A stretch of 64,000 nucleotides of DNA from Lingula anatina (taxonomy: Eukaryota; Animalia; Brachiopoda): contig CM120643.1 of the NCBI GenBank assembly GCA_051362555.1, positions 17,240,848 to 17,304,847 on the forward strand. The letters run 5' to 3'. Position 1 is the stretch's first letter, and each line of letters starts with the position of its first letter. Shown here piece after piece: positions 1 through 13,619 of this stretch. Below the pieces are notes generated by a model. The model was not told the origin of the DNA. It did no database searches and saw nothing but the letters and a program-made list of their open reading frames with translations. A program made the position numbers and the translations under genes.

Positions 1-1738
1 GCCCGTCACACTGAGGAGCAGTTTGAACGGAGTTGTGAAGTTTCCGCAAACTGACGCCTCGTTTTATAACGCCACTTAACCACGCCCTGCTTACATAACT
101 TTTTGCGTGAACAAGAAAAGGACGAGACTTAAGGCCAGAAATGCGTAGCATTCACGCGATACGCGAGGGCGCTACAGTAGGGCTTCACGTGACTCAACTA
201 GCCAATCACAGCACAACAATGGCATCGCACGCAGACTCTGTGATAAGTGCTCAGCCCATTGTCAAGTAGTGTTAGTTCATGGTAACAAGTGTCTGACATG
301 TGCAGAGAAGTTTATTGTAATATATATTGTTCTTATTGTTACATTATTAAATCTAACTCTGTATCCAAGTAGTAACTATACTGTACCAAGTCAGGTACTG
401 ATGATGTGCAGAGGTCATATAAGCCATTACCACTAATTTATAACTTTAATTTTGTTTAATATGTTATTCATGAAAGATTATTTTTATTTGTTAAATCGTG
501 ATCTTATTCTTTTTATATTTAAATAATTGAATAATGTGGGTAAAATTGGTCTTCCACTTCTTATTTGCATTTTTCCTTTACTACAAGATTATTTTGGAAC
601 AGTTGCAGCATTAAAATTTAAAATAAATAGCAATCTGAAAGATTGTCAGTCAATTTATGTAGAATCCGATAATATATTTGAAAATACTGATTGAATTCTT
701 GGCCTTGCACTGGGCAGTTTCACATTTGTGCCAAGTGCTGTTTTCGGACTCCATTGTACAGTGGTAAAAGTTCTTCAATTGCCATGAAAGTTTTTAATCA
801 GACTCTGTATGGTGCTGCTATCTGCTAGTGCTATCGGCAACGAATTAGTTTGCCTTTGTTTCTGAGTGAATCTACCGTCTAAAAGGAAAGTTTGGCGTAG
901 TCAAACGACATTTTATGGCGACAACAATCTCCAGAGCTTAGTTACGCACATGTGCATTCTGCACATGCTCAATTGTAGTGGGGGCCTCTTTGCAACCCCA
1001 CAAATGAAATTTGTGCAAAATTATTGGTAAATAATAACTTTTGCTGACTCGTCGCATCATAATTTTTAGGATGATGAGTCTTATTGAATATTTGATATAT
1101 AATTTTTATCCCTAAGGCCATAACATTTAATACAGGCAACAATTTGCTACATTGTTATTATTGTTAAAACGATTAGGATAGAGGGGTTATATAATAAAAG
1201 CGGATGATGACGCCTAGGAGGGTGACGAATGACAAATGACGCTGAGACTCGAGTCTCAGCGAGGACCAGACGTGGGCCTAGCAATTGTTTTCCGGTTCAC
1301 GGACCTTGGGATATTCGAATTACTAGGACAGTAATATAATTAGTTTATATCATAGTAATCAATCTGATCATATGAGCTGATATTACTAAATGATAGCCAA
1401 AGACCACTAATGAAGTTCATTGAAATTCAGGGTGGACAATTCAGCCTCAGTGTCAAACATAAATTACATTAACTAATTCAATATTATGTCAAAGAAGTAG
1501 GAGGGCGTGGCCACCAACAGAGGCAATGTTGGGCGCGGTCTCAGTGATTGGCAGAACCACAGGCTGGTCGATTTACTATATCCACATTCTTTGGTAATAT
1601 CAATGCGTATTGTGAATATCTTTCATTTTGAATTCACTCTCATTAAAGTAATGAAACACAGTTCGTTCGAGTTATACACACCAACACAGATATCAATGCC
1701 TTATGTTACAAAAACACCTTTATCTTTAAAAAATAAAA

Positions 1739-2949
1739 GTGGCAAACTAAAAGCTGTCCATTTCTATGTATCTTCATTGGACACCACTAGGTCACAGAAT
1801 GCTGGTCTGCCGCAATATAATATGAATCCCTTGCGTTAAATTGGAGACTTCAGAATGCTAATTTAATGATATGAATATAGATAGTTAATGCATTAGTTTT
1901 CTTCGGTCAACTACAATACGAAATTAACAGTTTATGCTATTGTACTAAAAAATCCTTTGTTTTTTCTGATGAATAAACTGCTACTTGTGTCATTCGGTTT
2001 TTGGTTATTATATTTGATGTACTGTACAGTAGTAATGAAGATCACTGTAATTTCTATAGAACCATAGGCCCTTAGGACCGTGAATGAAACTCTTGTGTTT
2101 AGTACATAATTGTACGTATATTACACACCTCGATCCCGTCCACTGCCCATAATGATTGAAGAAAGTGATCTGTTGACGATGGACAGTAATGTCAGAGAAT
2201 GTGCCTTGTGCATACTTTCTGACCACGGGTTGCACTTGTTGTCTGTTACAAAATCATTGAATTGCACCTTTTTCGATTTCACGTAATCAACGGGAACGCG
2301 TACGTTCCCTTTGAATTTGTCTATGGAGGCGATTTCACACCTTCATGAAAAAATGAAATAGCACAGCCTTAAGAAGGTGGCAAACTAAAAGCTGTCCATT
2401 TCTATGGATCTTCATTGGACACCACTAGGTCACAGAATGCTGGTCTGCCGCAATATGAATCCCTTGCGTTAAATTGGAGACTTCAGAATGCTGATTTAAT
2501 GATATGAATATACATAGTTAATGCATTGGTTTTCTTCGGTTAACTACAATTATATTATTGTACTAAAATTCTTTGTTTTTTCTGATGTATAAACTGTGTC
2601 ATTCGGTTTTTGGTTATTATATTTGATGTACTGTACAGTAGTAATGAAGATCACTGTAATTTCTATAGAACCATAGGCCCTTAGGACCGTAAATGAAACT
2701 CTTGTGTTTAGTACATAATTGTACGTATATTACACACCTCGATCCCGTCCACTGCCCATAATGATTGAAGAAAGTGATCTGTTGACGATGGACAGTAATG
2801 TCAGAGAATGTGCCTTGTGCATACTTTCTGACCACGGGTTGCACTTGTTGTCTGTTACAAAATCATTGTATTGCACCTTTTTCGATTTCACGTAATCAAC
2901 GGGAACGCGTACATACCCTTTGACGTTGTCAATGGAGGCGATTTCACAC
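1739..2949. repeat. Direct tandem duplication of a ~600-bp segment (copy 1 1739-2340, copy 2 2377-2949)
   Basis: Both copies start GTGGCAAACTAAAAGCTGTCCATTTC and end GGAGGCGATTTCACAC. They differ by a few substitutions and short indels. ORFs 2008..2235 and 2617..2844 translate almost identically. Confidence 0.95.
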
Positions 2950-3517
2950 TACATTTAGGCGCTGAGCAGTGCACACCCCTATCTATGTTGCGTCAATGCA
3001 AGTCAAAAAAGACCTTAAACTTACTCCATTTGCCCAGCTGAGGGATTACACAGATCCCCTCTGACGCTGAGCAGGTAGGGGGGTTAGTTTCGTTACAGCA
3101 GATTGTCAGATCGGATGCTTTTCCACAGGGGCTTATACTTTTATGTTGTATACTAGTTTAGAAGCCCCTGATAACAGTGGGTGCCCTGTGGATTGGCACT
3201 CTGATGTTGACCATAGATCTTCTGGTTGACCGCGTAAAGTGATCGCAGTCACGAAGCATGAAATCATCCGGTGCGACAAGAATATAGGCAGAATAGCTCA
3301 TCCCTAAAAATTAATTTTCTGCTACTGAAGCGTGAATACACCACCTGCACCTATTGCTCCAAATGCACCAAAAAGAACACCTTTAAACGCTAATTTTATT
3401 TTATCATTCTCACCCCACCCCCCAAAATAAATAAATTAATAAATAAAAATAAAAAAAGAAAGAAAAAAGAAATCAGCAATAAGGAAAGAGCATGTCAACA
3501 ATAATGCTGTTATATAT

Positions 3518-3586
3518 ACATAAGTAAGGGATTTGTCTCTTAAATTTATTGCTTCACATAAGTAAGGAATTTGTCTCTTAAATTTA
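3518..3586. repeat. Short tandem duplication (~31-bp unit x2)
   Basis: ACATAAGTAAGGRATTTGTCTCTTAAATTTA occurs twice, a few bases apart. Confidence 0.85.
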
Positions 3587-4732
3587 TAACTTTACCTTTG
3601 TCTGGGCCTGACATTCACTAAGACATTAAATATATTAATCATTGTCCAAATCTTACTTAAAAAATGCAAAAATGCATCTTTATTGTTGTTAATAATTAAA
3701 ACAACCAGACCAAATATAGAGACACTAACTTTGCAGTAAGACGGATGTTTCCCAAACAACGTTAACTTTTACAGAATTTACACAATTTTATTTTCATCAT
3801 GGAATCCAATGAGAAACCTTTAATCGTATATAGCTCCGACAAAGTTCCTTTGGGTATTCTTTCCTTTGGGTATCCTTCTGAGATAACCATAATAAAAAAC
3901 GTGCTGCGTCCAATGTAAAAAGCCGAAGTCGCGTTTTAATTAGTTGAAACTCATTTGTTCAATTTAGTCAATAGTCTTTGTGCAGGATTTACGTCCATAG
4001 TATTTAAATCTGATTCAAGATACATGTAAATATGTTGAATACATGTTTTAATTTATTAGTTGCAAGACCGAAGGAGTGTATCTTGAGTGATGTTACATGT
4101 AACTTTACCAATCATTATAACATTTTAACTGATATGTCAATATCCAGATAAACAATTCAACAATGTGACGGCCGCACTCGACCGATGGTCAATCAGCTGT
4201 ACACATCCCCCATCCCCGGCCACCCTGGCCAACGCCCAAGTGATAGTACTGGGAGCCTGGGTCAAAACAGCCATGCAAGAAAACCCAGTGGCACGCATCA
4301 AAGATTGCACCAAAACGACGCCATCAAGATACTTCTCCTTTGTTCGTTATTGGGAATGACGTACCAATAACCTATCTGACTGCATTTTATTATATCATTT
4401 GTCCGTGACCCACCTTATGGGGATGCATGCCAGACCTCTCAACCTGTTACCTTTTCGCCTACATCTTTTACTGTGAAAGCTAAAGCCCATTGTCCATGTC
4501 AATCCGACTGTTTGACATATTTCAAAAGCAGTTTGTTCAATCAGACATAAAATTAAGAGATGCAATATACAAAAAGTCTTTTTTGTATGTCTGCCCAGGT
4601 TAGGTGGAATGATTTGTGCCCAGTGACCGTCAAGCTGGGTTAAATTGGTTCGAAGATCATAGCTACTCTACGTTTGGCAGTATGAAGTTTCTCATACTGT
4701 AGTGTGGACCATTAAGATATCTCTGTTCATGC

Positions 4733-4736
<4 letters not shown>

Positions 4737-4770
<34 letters not shown>
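4737..4770. repeat. (AC)n microsatellite
   Basis: Direct reading. Confidence 0.95.
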
Positions 4771-4771
<1 letters not shown>

Positions 4772-5499
4772 AATATAATTGCTCATAGAGCAAGCAACTT
4801 GCGAAATTGCAAATTTGATTTTTTAAAACCCAAATAAATTAATAACATTAAAGAGTACACAAATGCGAATCATTTGCATTTTTTTATGTATGATACGTCA
4901 TGTTTTAATGAAAATGAATGCAATATCGAAGAAAAATAAATTACTCGATCTTTTCAATGTGAAAAGTTGTGAAATTAACAAATAATGAACTTTTTTAAAT
5001 CATAAATTCTTAAAATTAGAACACTTCTATTGAGTGGTAGCGACATAACTGAAAAGCGGGCTACCTTATAGTTCTATTTTACTCAGAAAAACACGACAGA
5101 TGCTACACAGAAATTTATAATTAAATTAAATTAAATTAACAAGCTGTCTTGTTTGGTCGCTAGTGCTTAGTAATGGACATTGCAACACTTTTTTCAGCAG
5201 TCATGAAAGCAACTGTGTTTTGACACAGGTCTAAAAAAAACCATCCATTGTCTTAAATTACATACCTAGGGATTTCTAAACATTCGTATTGGTCATCTAT
5301 CACTGTCTTTGAGGCATTCAGCCTCTTTTACAGACATTAATGATGACAAAACATCAGTTTTTTTTACACATGAACAATAGCTATGATCGTTATGAGAATC
5401 TAATTAGTTCATTCTGGGTTTAGATATAATTTTTCTACAAAAAAGTATGAAACGAAAATCTCTAAGGTTGTGGCCTCTGTGGCCGGACATTTTTCACTA

Positions 5500-5500
<1 letters not shown>

Positions 5501-5550
<50 letters not shown>
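5501..5550 (+). repeat. 50-nt poly(A) tract
   Basis: Uninterrupted A run; no TSD or retroelement body recognised upstream. Confidence 0.9.
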
Positions 5551-5552
<2 letters not shown>

Positions 5553-7027
5553 CCCGACTGGCATCTGGTATGAAGTACTTTCGAAATTACTGAATAGTAT
5601 ACTGTACAATCAATGCGCATTTGTCCCTTCCTACAAAAGCATAAGAATTTCCAGGGAACTGAAACTGTCTACATAAAACTGCTCGGATAATTGCGACCGT
5701 ACTTGTTTTCGCGTTCAACATATTAATTTTCACGTAATGCTTAATAGCGTAATAACAGAAACCCAATAACTCACTAATTCCCCCTTCCCATGAATCAAAA
5801 ATGGAAACATAAGGCTCATATACGTATTTATAGATCGTAATTCTATCAATATATTTGGATATGATACATGTTATTGTACATCTTGTTGGTTAAAGAGTGA
5901 GTGTAGAAATTCCCAGGCTGTATAGAGGACTGTTGCACTGGATTTGTACGTAGTGCACATTGGGGTCTGAAAACTAAAATGTGTTAGATGAGCTTAAGAA
6001 CGACAGATGCATTCCGTGTCCGTTTTCACATCGAGAAGTTTACTTCACCGATGCAACCCGCACTGGTTCTTTCAGAGAACTCCTAACACACTTCAGAGGG
6101 TTTTACTCCCTTTCACAATCACTCTGTTAGTTTGCTTTCAGCGGTTTAGTTTTCAGTCGATCAATTGGTCGAGTTGTGCGCGGAGATTCCGTTGAGGTGA
6201 CTCTTCTACATAATGATCATGGTATCAAGATGTCAGTCTCTTAGAGTGGACTGGTCCAGATTGGATCAATTAGTACGCTGCTAGATATGAAAAGGATATT
6301 ACATGTAGAACTTCTTCTTCAAACCATCCCCTTCCCCAACCGATAAACAGCTAATTAATTAATTTGGGTGTGACGCACGCAAGGCCAGTCTTGTTATAAA
6401 CGATGTCATTTTGAAGGAGCAGCAAAAGAATGGAATGCACGTCACTACTACTACATATACTAAGAAGATGAAGATTTATCTTTGTACAGCAGCCTAATAA
6501 TTAATACAATTTTGAAATGACCGATGTCGTTCCTGCTAGATTAAACCAGGTCATTACGACCATTAGCAAAAGTGAATTTGTGTGTTCATAGGAAATGAAA
6601 AACATCAACATCAGGCTTCTATAATAATACATAGCAAAATTTATTTCATCATTATATCATGTATATACAAAGCTATAGAATAACATACATTATTTTTATG
6701 TACATCTGTTTCATGGTAGAACGCTGGGCTGGCCGAGCGTCACAGCAATGGTCAACTTAAAATGACCACATATAATTCAGCGATATAGGCCTACGCACAT
6801 GAAAATTCCGTTTTGAGTTTTGACCATGCAGCGTTATTTACCAGTTCGGATGGACCTGATGTTCGCCTTTCTGTCTTCGGGATACTTATCTTTTATCCTT
6901 TGCTACCTTGACTTTTTACAATACCAGACAAATAATACAAAGAATTTAAGAGCACATAGTATCAAGACAGATTTAAATACTCATACTAGATATCATTTAA
7001 GCAAACATTATAAACATTATATTTAAT

Positions 7028-7061
<34 letters not shown>
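7028..7061. repeat. (TAA)n microsatellite
   Basis: Direct reading. Confidence 0.9.
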
Positions 7062-8486
7062 GCAGTCAAAAATCCGGCATGAAACCAACCAATGAAATCC
7101 TTTGTTTGTTGTTTACTTGCCAGCTCTGTGCTGTCTACAAGGCTATCAAAACTATAGTGCTTAGAAGATTAGCCTTCTTATTTACAAATAAAAAGAGATC
7201 TAAACCAAAATGTTGCATAACTCGTAAATAATGGGCTACAATATTTGAATATCATAAGTTTATAGAAAAGAAAGAAAGAAAAAAAACAAGGCCAGCTGCC
7301 CACTCGTTGGTCAACTTTGTGAAGCGGCCTAATGAAGAAAAGCTAATCAAATCTATCGTATACAGTCAATAGTGCTGGTCAAATTGAAGGCGTGGAGAGG
7401 TCATTGATCAGATACATTGCCCAGTCTACACAGCAGACGGAACCTGGATAGGCTTTTACATTCGTCCCATATACTAACCCCAATACTCTAACTAACCCTA
7501 ACCTGTACTTATCATATGGGAGCCCGGACTTCCATTCCTATAGAGCTGCCATTTATGTCACACCGGCTTCTAAATAGCTCAAAGCCGTTACTCATAAAGG
7601 TGAAATCTGGATCGATTCTGGACCACCTTCAAGCTGGTTTGATACATAAGTTTATAAGTTTATTTCACGTCGGTTGGTACATGTACGATGTAGGCTTACT
7701 TAACTGAAGGAAGCAAGATTCGTTCTACACATTATAGCATTTATTTTAATAGGATATTTTCAAACAATGAGCACTGGCCGATTACAATAAAAATTGGATC
7801 ATACATGTATTGTGGGGCCATCCACGACATTACCACCTCCTGCGACCTCCAAATCATCTTTGATGTGTATGATTTATTTTTATTTTCTATTCGATTCACT
7901 TACATCGCAGGTTGTCAGGTAGTTGCTGTAAATGATGAAACGGTCTTTATGGATGTTAGAAGAGGCTCAATTAAATAGATTTAGCACAGATGCAATGGCA
8001 ACAGAAATCATATGACCCATCGTTTTGAACGGGCAGAAAGCAATGGCAAAAGTAAACTAATTACAATCCTGTGATTGCAGTAGATGATACCACTAATGTA
8101 ATAACCAGCCAATTATCTACACGCTGACTCAAAGTCAGGCCGTGGGCTGCTAAGGATGTCGTGAAATATCTTACATCGTTTGCCTGTACGATTATTGTCT
8201 ATCACCGCTCTGCGTCTGAATGGCAGTTTCTCTGTCTCGTTTCTGGTACGTTGCTGCCATATCCGTACGAGTCAGCGTGGCTGTCTGCATTGACCATAGC
8301 GGAACAGCGGCCGCCAGATCGCAGACAGTTATCTGAAGGACGCGTATGCCGATTTTTAAGGAGTAGCCGTAAATCCTCTATCACTAATAAATGGCGGATT
8401 TGCACTATTGTCACGTAAAATGCAATATACAAGTATAAATCTCAACTATCACAACCGCAAATTTGCATCAGAACGTTCCGTATCCC

Positions 8487-9227
8487 TCAGCGACTCGTGG
8501 CGAAACTTAAAATTAACGCAAGAATAGCACAGTACGTAGACAACACAGAACATGCACAACCCGAATCAACAGAATAGTCTTGGACGGTCGCTTTTTGTTC
8601 TACTTCAGCTAGGCATTTGCGTAAAGGCGGTTGAAATGACGTTGGTCTGTTGCTAGGTGACGACGGTTGCGCGCCGTCACTTGGACGTTGTCCTAGGTAG
8701 AGTTCGGTGCTCCGGTGGGTCGTTTCCAGCTTCAGTATTTCATATTCCACGTACGGCACCGAAACGCCAAGTCGGGTACACCCGCCCGTGTCTTGAACAT
8801 CTTGAAATGCTCCGGTCTCCCACTTTCCAGGTATCCCGCACGAGCCCACGGGCTCGGCGTTCAGATTGTTAGCATATGTCTGCGTGTCAGGCCGAATCTT
8901 CATCACGGTGACGCTGAACTTAAACTCGCGCGCGCCCGGAACTTTCGCCGAGGGACCCTCGTTCGTGAAAGTCCCGCTAGCTGAGAGGGTGAAAGACGGC
9001 TCAGCGCACAGGGGATCGGTGAAGTGACTGTAGAAGCCATGCCACGTGGAGTCTTCCAGGTTGAAGTGAAGGCGACGCTTGACGAAGATGGAGTTTGGAC
9101 GGGTCTCGCATCGCGTACTGATCCAGTCTCCATCGACCGTCCCTCTCTCCACGGATTTGACACGGAGACGGGGAGGCTCGAGCTCGTTGGTGAACTTCAT
9201 TTTATCACAAAGGTGACAGCCGTAGCT
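8487..9227 (-). CDS. APCDD1: APCDD1-like protein, last coding exon (exon 4; second APCDD1 domain plus hydrophobic C-terminus)
   Basis: Acceptor ctcttttccag|AGC at 9228/9227, phase 0. Translation SYGCHLC...GDWISTRCETRP...YSHFTDPLC...LYLGQRPSDG...RPTSFQPPL matches APCDD1 family motifs (W.S.RCE.RP, D..C, LGQRP.DG, RPTS.Q.PL). TGA stop at 8489-8487. Confidence 0.93.
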   Translation of the reverse strand, partial: SYGCHLCDKMKFTNELEPPRLRVKSVERGTVDGDWISTRCETRPNSIFVKRRLHFNLEDSTWHGFYSHFTDPLCAEPSFTLSASGTFTNEGPSAKVPGAREFKFSVTVMKIRPDTQTYANNLNAEPVGSCGIPGKWETGAFQDVQDTGGCTRLGVSVPYVEYEILKLETTHRSTELYLGQRPSDGAQPSSPSNRPTSFQPPLRKCLAEVEQKATVQDYSVDSGCACSVLSTYCAILALILSFATSR

Positions 9228-9410
9228 CTGGAAAAGAGACATAAGTTTGGTTACAGGTGTCAGATATATACATTTAACCAAAACGACCCGAAAGAACATT
9301 TGCCTTTTATCTTTTTTAAATCTGTAATTGAGCATATTTTAATTTATACGTACTTGTAAAGGCGCCGTATATAATGGTGTATGTACACGTTCACCATATA
9401 TGGTGACAAA

Positions 9411-9442
<32 letters not shown>

Positions 9443-11999
9443 ACATTAATTGGAAATTGGGTTTTTGTTGCTTGGTTAATAAGATCATTAACCATAATAT
9501 CAAATTCAGTTATGGTCGGTATAACAAGAGAGACTATGAAACAATCTACTAGCATCAAACATGTCTTTTGTCCTTATTATTGCCCATGTTGAAGAGTTTC
9601 AATATTGACAAGATCGCATAATTTACATGTATTTTTACCAAGTACATGCTTTGCATCCACAAACCTGCATAATTAAGTCGATTACTGTACGTTGGCCTTA
9701 TTTCAAAGATACTAGTGAATAAAATCGCGACGGCTGTTGAATTTGGCTTTTTTTTAGACAAGCAAACAGACAGTGCGTACAGAGTAGGTAGGGCGATGGT
9801 CTTCGATTACACTTCCAAGGAGACAGAAGACCTGAGGCGAAGTAAAAATAGCAAGGAGGATGCGGAGTTCTTTGTTTTTACATGTTCGAACGACATTTAC
9901 ATTTCTCGGTGGTAGGATTAAAACCTTGTTTGAGAGACAGAATTAAGTGGGAAACGGACTGTCTGGAATATTATACCCCTTTTAACCGAATCTGAAAAAC
10001 AATTTGCTTTTCAATTATTAGACGCGATGACCCTGAAATCTGACCTTGTTCACCGAGCGTTCGTTAAATGACTATTAGTAATAACACACTGTCACAGAAA
10101 AGAGCAGGACGCCATGAATTTTTGATGATCAGAACCGATGACTATAATACCCGGGTCCGCTGTTACTATATAATGGCGTATATTCTGGATTGTTATTCGC
10201 ATTTTGTTTAATACAGGGGCCTGGCCACTGCTGTTGCACTTCTGGAACGGACATGGATATTTTAGCGGCTCCTAATCTCGCGGGAATGCGCTCTTCTGGT
10301 CAACGTGACAAAAAGCAAGCAATCGAACAGTAGGCTCGTGTTTCTGATTTATTTATATAGCCATTAGCCATGTCTGAAGGCACACACATATCTCTAGATG
10401 CACGTTCTTGAATTTACGCAATTAATTCCAAACAATAAAATCCTTTACATCTTCGTCTGTCTGGCGGCACTGGGTGTCCAAATATAGCTTACCCCTACTG
10501 TTCGGCGCAATAAATGTTGTATTCAAATGAAAGGCTATATTCAAAATATTAGCAGAACTTCTTAAGCTTAACTCGTTAAGCAACTGTGACGTTTATACCC
10601 TACCGCGTCTGAAGAATGCAAAAATGCACAAACGTGACCTTTTGTATTGGATAGGGGATTGGACAGTTTGATCTGGTAATTTATCCACTCGTTTTTTTAA
10701 ATATCATTTTACTGACACTTGGATTTGTTTGTATTTTATTTTAAGAAAAGCCGCTTATGTGGGAGTTATAACTGGTTCCTTTATTGATGATTTGTTCAGC
10801 CCAGCAACGGTTTCGCTCAAACCGCTTAGTCAAAAGCTGAATTAAGCACACCGCTTGCTCATAAAAACTGACCACAGTGGCGGCTAAATCAACGCCGTTG
10901 AAATCCCGAACACAATAAAACCATAAAAACTATACTGGTTTCCCTGTGTAAAGAAAGGCTGTATCTGGGCGGTCTGTTTTATGCACAATTTTACAAGATG
11001 CTTACAAGACCTTAGGTACACTGTACTTTTCGGATACCTTTTGGACAGGGTAGGAAACGAACACCCCTACTAACAATACACCAATCTCGGAGAAATTTCA
11101 CATATCTTTTCTTTCAAGTGTATTAAAAAATAAATTCGAAATGCTTTTATACGCAAACATTAAGCATCGATACGCTAATGCTTATAAAACTACAATTCTT
11201 ACTAGGCAGTGGGCTGCATGTAACGCGGAAAAAAACATCGAGTATTTCATAGTGAGCTTTTTAAAGAGTTGATTACCACTTGAAATTCGACCCCATTAAC
11301 TATATGTTCGCGTCCGCGTTACCTACGATGTTAATTGCGTTAATGAGCCACGCTAAAAATGTTAACAGTCTCAGATTACTAATCACACATCGCTACTACA
11401 GATTTTTTTTTCTTTTCATAATGCTAAGTCCCATGAAGCAGTTTAAGTTTCAAGGTGCCTGATGCAAAAAAAATAAAGAATACTAATTTCATTTCATCGG
11501 TTACATTTAATAGAAGTCTTCGCGTCACCCCTAGTGAATGTAATGATGTATGGTTTTTACCAGTGGAAGTTCAAAATGTGCACGAGAGAGAGAGAGAGAG
11601 AGAGAGAGAATTTTGCAGTGTCTTCCACAGCGTTAGTAGAGGAGAAACGTGAGGAGAAACCAATTGACTACATGCTTTTCAAATAATTGCCATCCCTTCA
11701 AATGAAATGTTTAGTGCAGTTTGGCAGAAGTTCTGAGAAAGCACTGATGACCTCTATTCTTAAACACATGTGCATCTGAGGTTTGTTTTTGCCAGTTTGC
11801 ACTAATGATGAGACCTACTTCGTGCCCGCTGCAAATAACAGATGACCAAAATAAATCAAGTAATACAGATATGTTATTAATTGTCTTAGATTAACATCGT
11901 CAGTTATTAAGAGTATAAGGGCCGTCTAGTATTTGTGTGAAAAATATGAATATTGCAGTCTTGAAAACGAGGTTCTTACGTGGATAAAACAAAACTTAC

Positions 12000-12552
12000 G
12001 TCTGTCCTAACGAGCGGAGGTTGGAACCCTTTGGGTCGGTACGAGGCTCTCTGTGTTTTGTCCGTGTGGATGTCACCCAGGAACAGTTCCGTCTTCAGTC
12101 GTCGATGATGATGGCGCTGTTCAATGCGAATAAGTTGCAATTCATGTATACTGAAGTACAAAACACTAGTACAATCTCGGTCTAGCACCACTATGCCGTC
12201 TCCGCCTTCCGAGCCGACTTCAACATAGTTGTAAATGTCGTAAGGGCTGTAGGAACGCCATCTTGATTTCACCAATTCCGGGCAGGTGCTGTTGATCATT
12301 CTTTCCAAAACCATGGTTTGCCTCTCTTCGTAAGGCGTCAGGGTCACTTGAGAGAGTTGATAATCGACTTCAGCCGCCCCTGGTATCGTCCACGAGTCCC
12401 TAATGTTTTCTAATTTCCCGCGCGAGACCACGCTGTAGAGTGGGACGGAGCATGCTGGGTCGGCGTAGAAATACTGGTGAGCGGTGTAGCGGCTATCGTT
12501 CTGAAATTTGTAACTCCGCAGAAGAAATTCTGGTCCAGGTCGCACTTCGCAT
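12000..12552 (-). CDS. APCDD1: APCDD1-like protein, exon 3 (first APCDD1 domain)
   Basis: Acceptor tatctttcag|A TGC GAA GTG (phase 2) and donor GAC|gtaagt at 12000/11999 (phase 0). Translation CEVRPGPEFLLRSY...YADPAC...ELFLGDIHTD...RPKGFQPPL is diagnostic of APCDD1. Confidence 0.93.
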
Positions 12553-12836
12553 CTGAAAGATAATGATAATGATACAGGGTTAATAAATTGTATGACAAGT
12601 GTATATCAAAATTACTCGTGCATTAAAAAAGAAAAGAAATAAATAAATGAATAAATAAATAAATTAATTAATTAATAAATAATAACAGGAAGTCAGTTTG
12701 GAGCTCGATCCAACCCATGAAGCTCATAATGGTTATTGACGATAAAGAATGACTAATTTAACTAGTATATGTCAGACAAAGTATTTTCGTAAGGATTTAA
12801 GCGTGCTTAAAAGTTTCGAAGAGACAGTGGGGTTTA

Positions 12837-12915
12837 GGGTGACGATCTCTTAAATCTGCCCAAAGTACTTAAGACCATGCGTTATTCAATAGTATGAAAT
12901 AACAGATCGTCACCC
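12837..12915. mobile_element. Tiny inverted-repeat element (possible MITE remnant)
   Basis: GGGTGACGATCT (12837-12848) and AGATCGTCACCC (12904-12915) are perfect 12-bp inverted repeats; no clear TSD. Confidence 0.4.
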
Positions 12916-13619
12916 AAGCGTTTCATTGATAACTTGACAACGCGCGCACGTGCATGTTCCACGAGCGTTCTCATGCAAGAGCCAAAAGGGTGGGTCGTAT
13001 CTGATTTTCTTGATTCTGCTGTCAGTTCTTAATGAATCACACATGATAAATTAAGTTAAAACAATGGCTTTTTAAAGACAGGCCGTCGATCAACCTATTA
13101 ATTACTTGTCTCTTTCACTGTATCAAGATCTTTTAGTAGAATTTTTTCACCTTATGGGCTGATTTTAGCGACCTTACACAATGAGAAACGAAGTCATTAA
13201 TTTCAATGAAAGTCAAACAAGAGACGAATAAATGACATTCAGAATTCTCATTGCGTAGCTATCTTTTTTCATAATTTCATTGTGGGAGATAAAATAACAC
13301 TGGGGCACCAGGCGAATAGAGTAGAAAATTGGATTTATTATCTGACTGGCCCGGAGTCGAGGAGAGCAGGGTCCCACTGGACCTATGTAGTGATGGAATT
13401 GCCACGTTTTTGATTGTCTATATTAAAACGTTGTTTTTATCGAACCCTTTCTCTCCCAGCCCGCGGTGCAAATGCACCTACACAATATTCAAGCGATATC
13501 AGTGAAAATGCAAATATCAGCAGAAAAGCTGGCATAGTGAAATGCCAGCGGAAACTATCAGTTTTCCTTATTGTGTCCGTCTGTCCTCAGGTCAGTTTTA
13601 CAGTTTTTTTTCTTTCATT

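Noticed and set aside
2008-2844. Duplicated 75-aa ORFs as a gene pair
   Set aside because: Non-ATG start and no recognisable motif; the identity simply reflects the DNA duplication.
5409-5676. Poly-Lys / poly-Phe ORFs; possible retrocopy tail
   Set aside because: Artefact of the 50-nt A run; no TSD or recognisable retroposed body.
9228-9335. N-terminal extension of the 282-aa ORF (MLNYRFKK...)
   Set aside because: Intronic read-through upstream of the acceptor at 9228.
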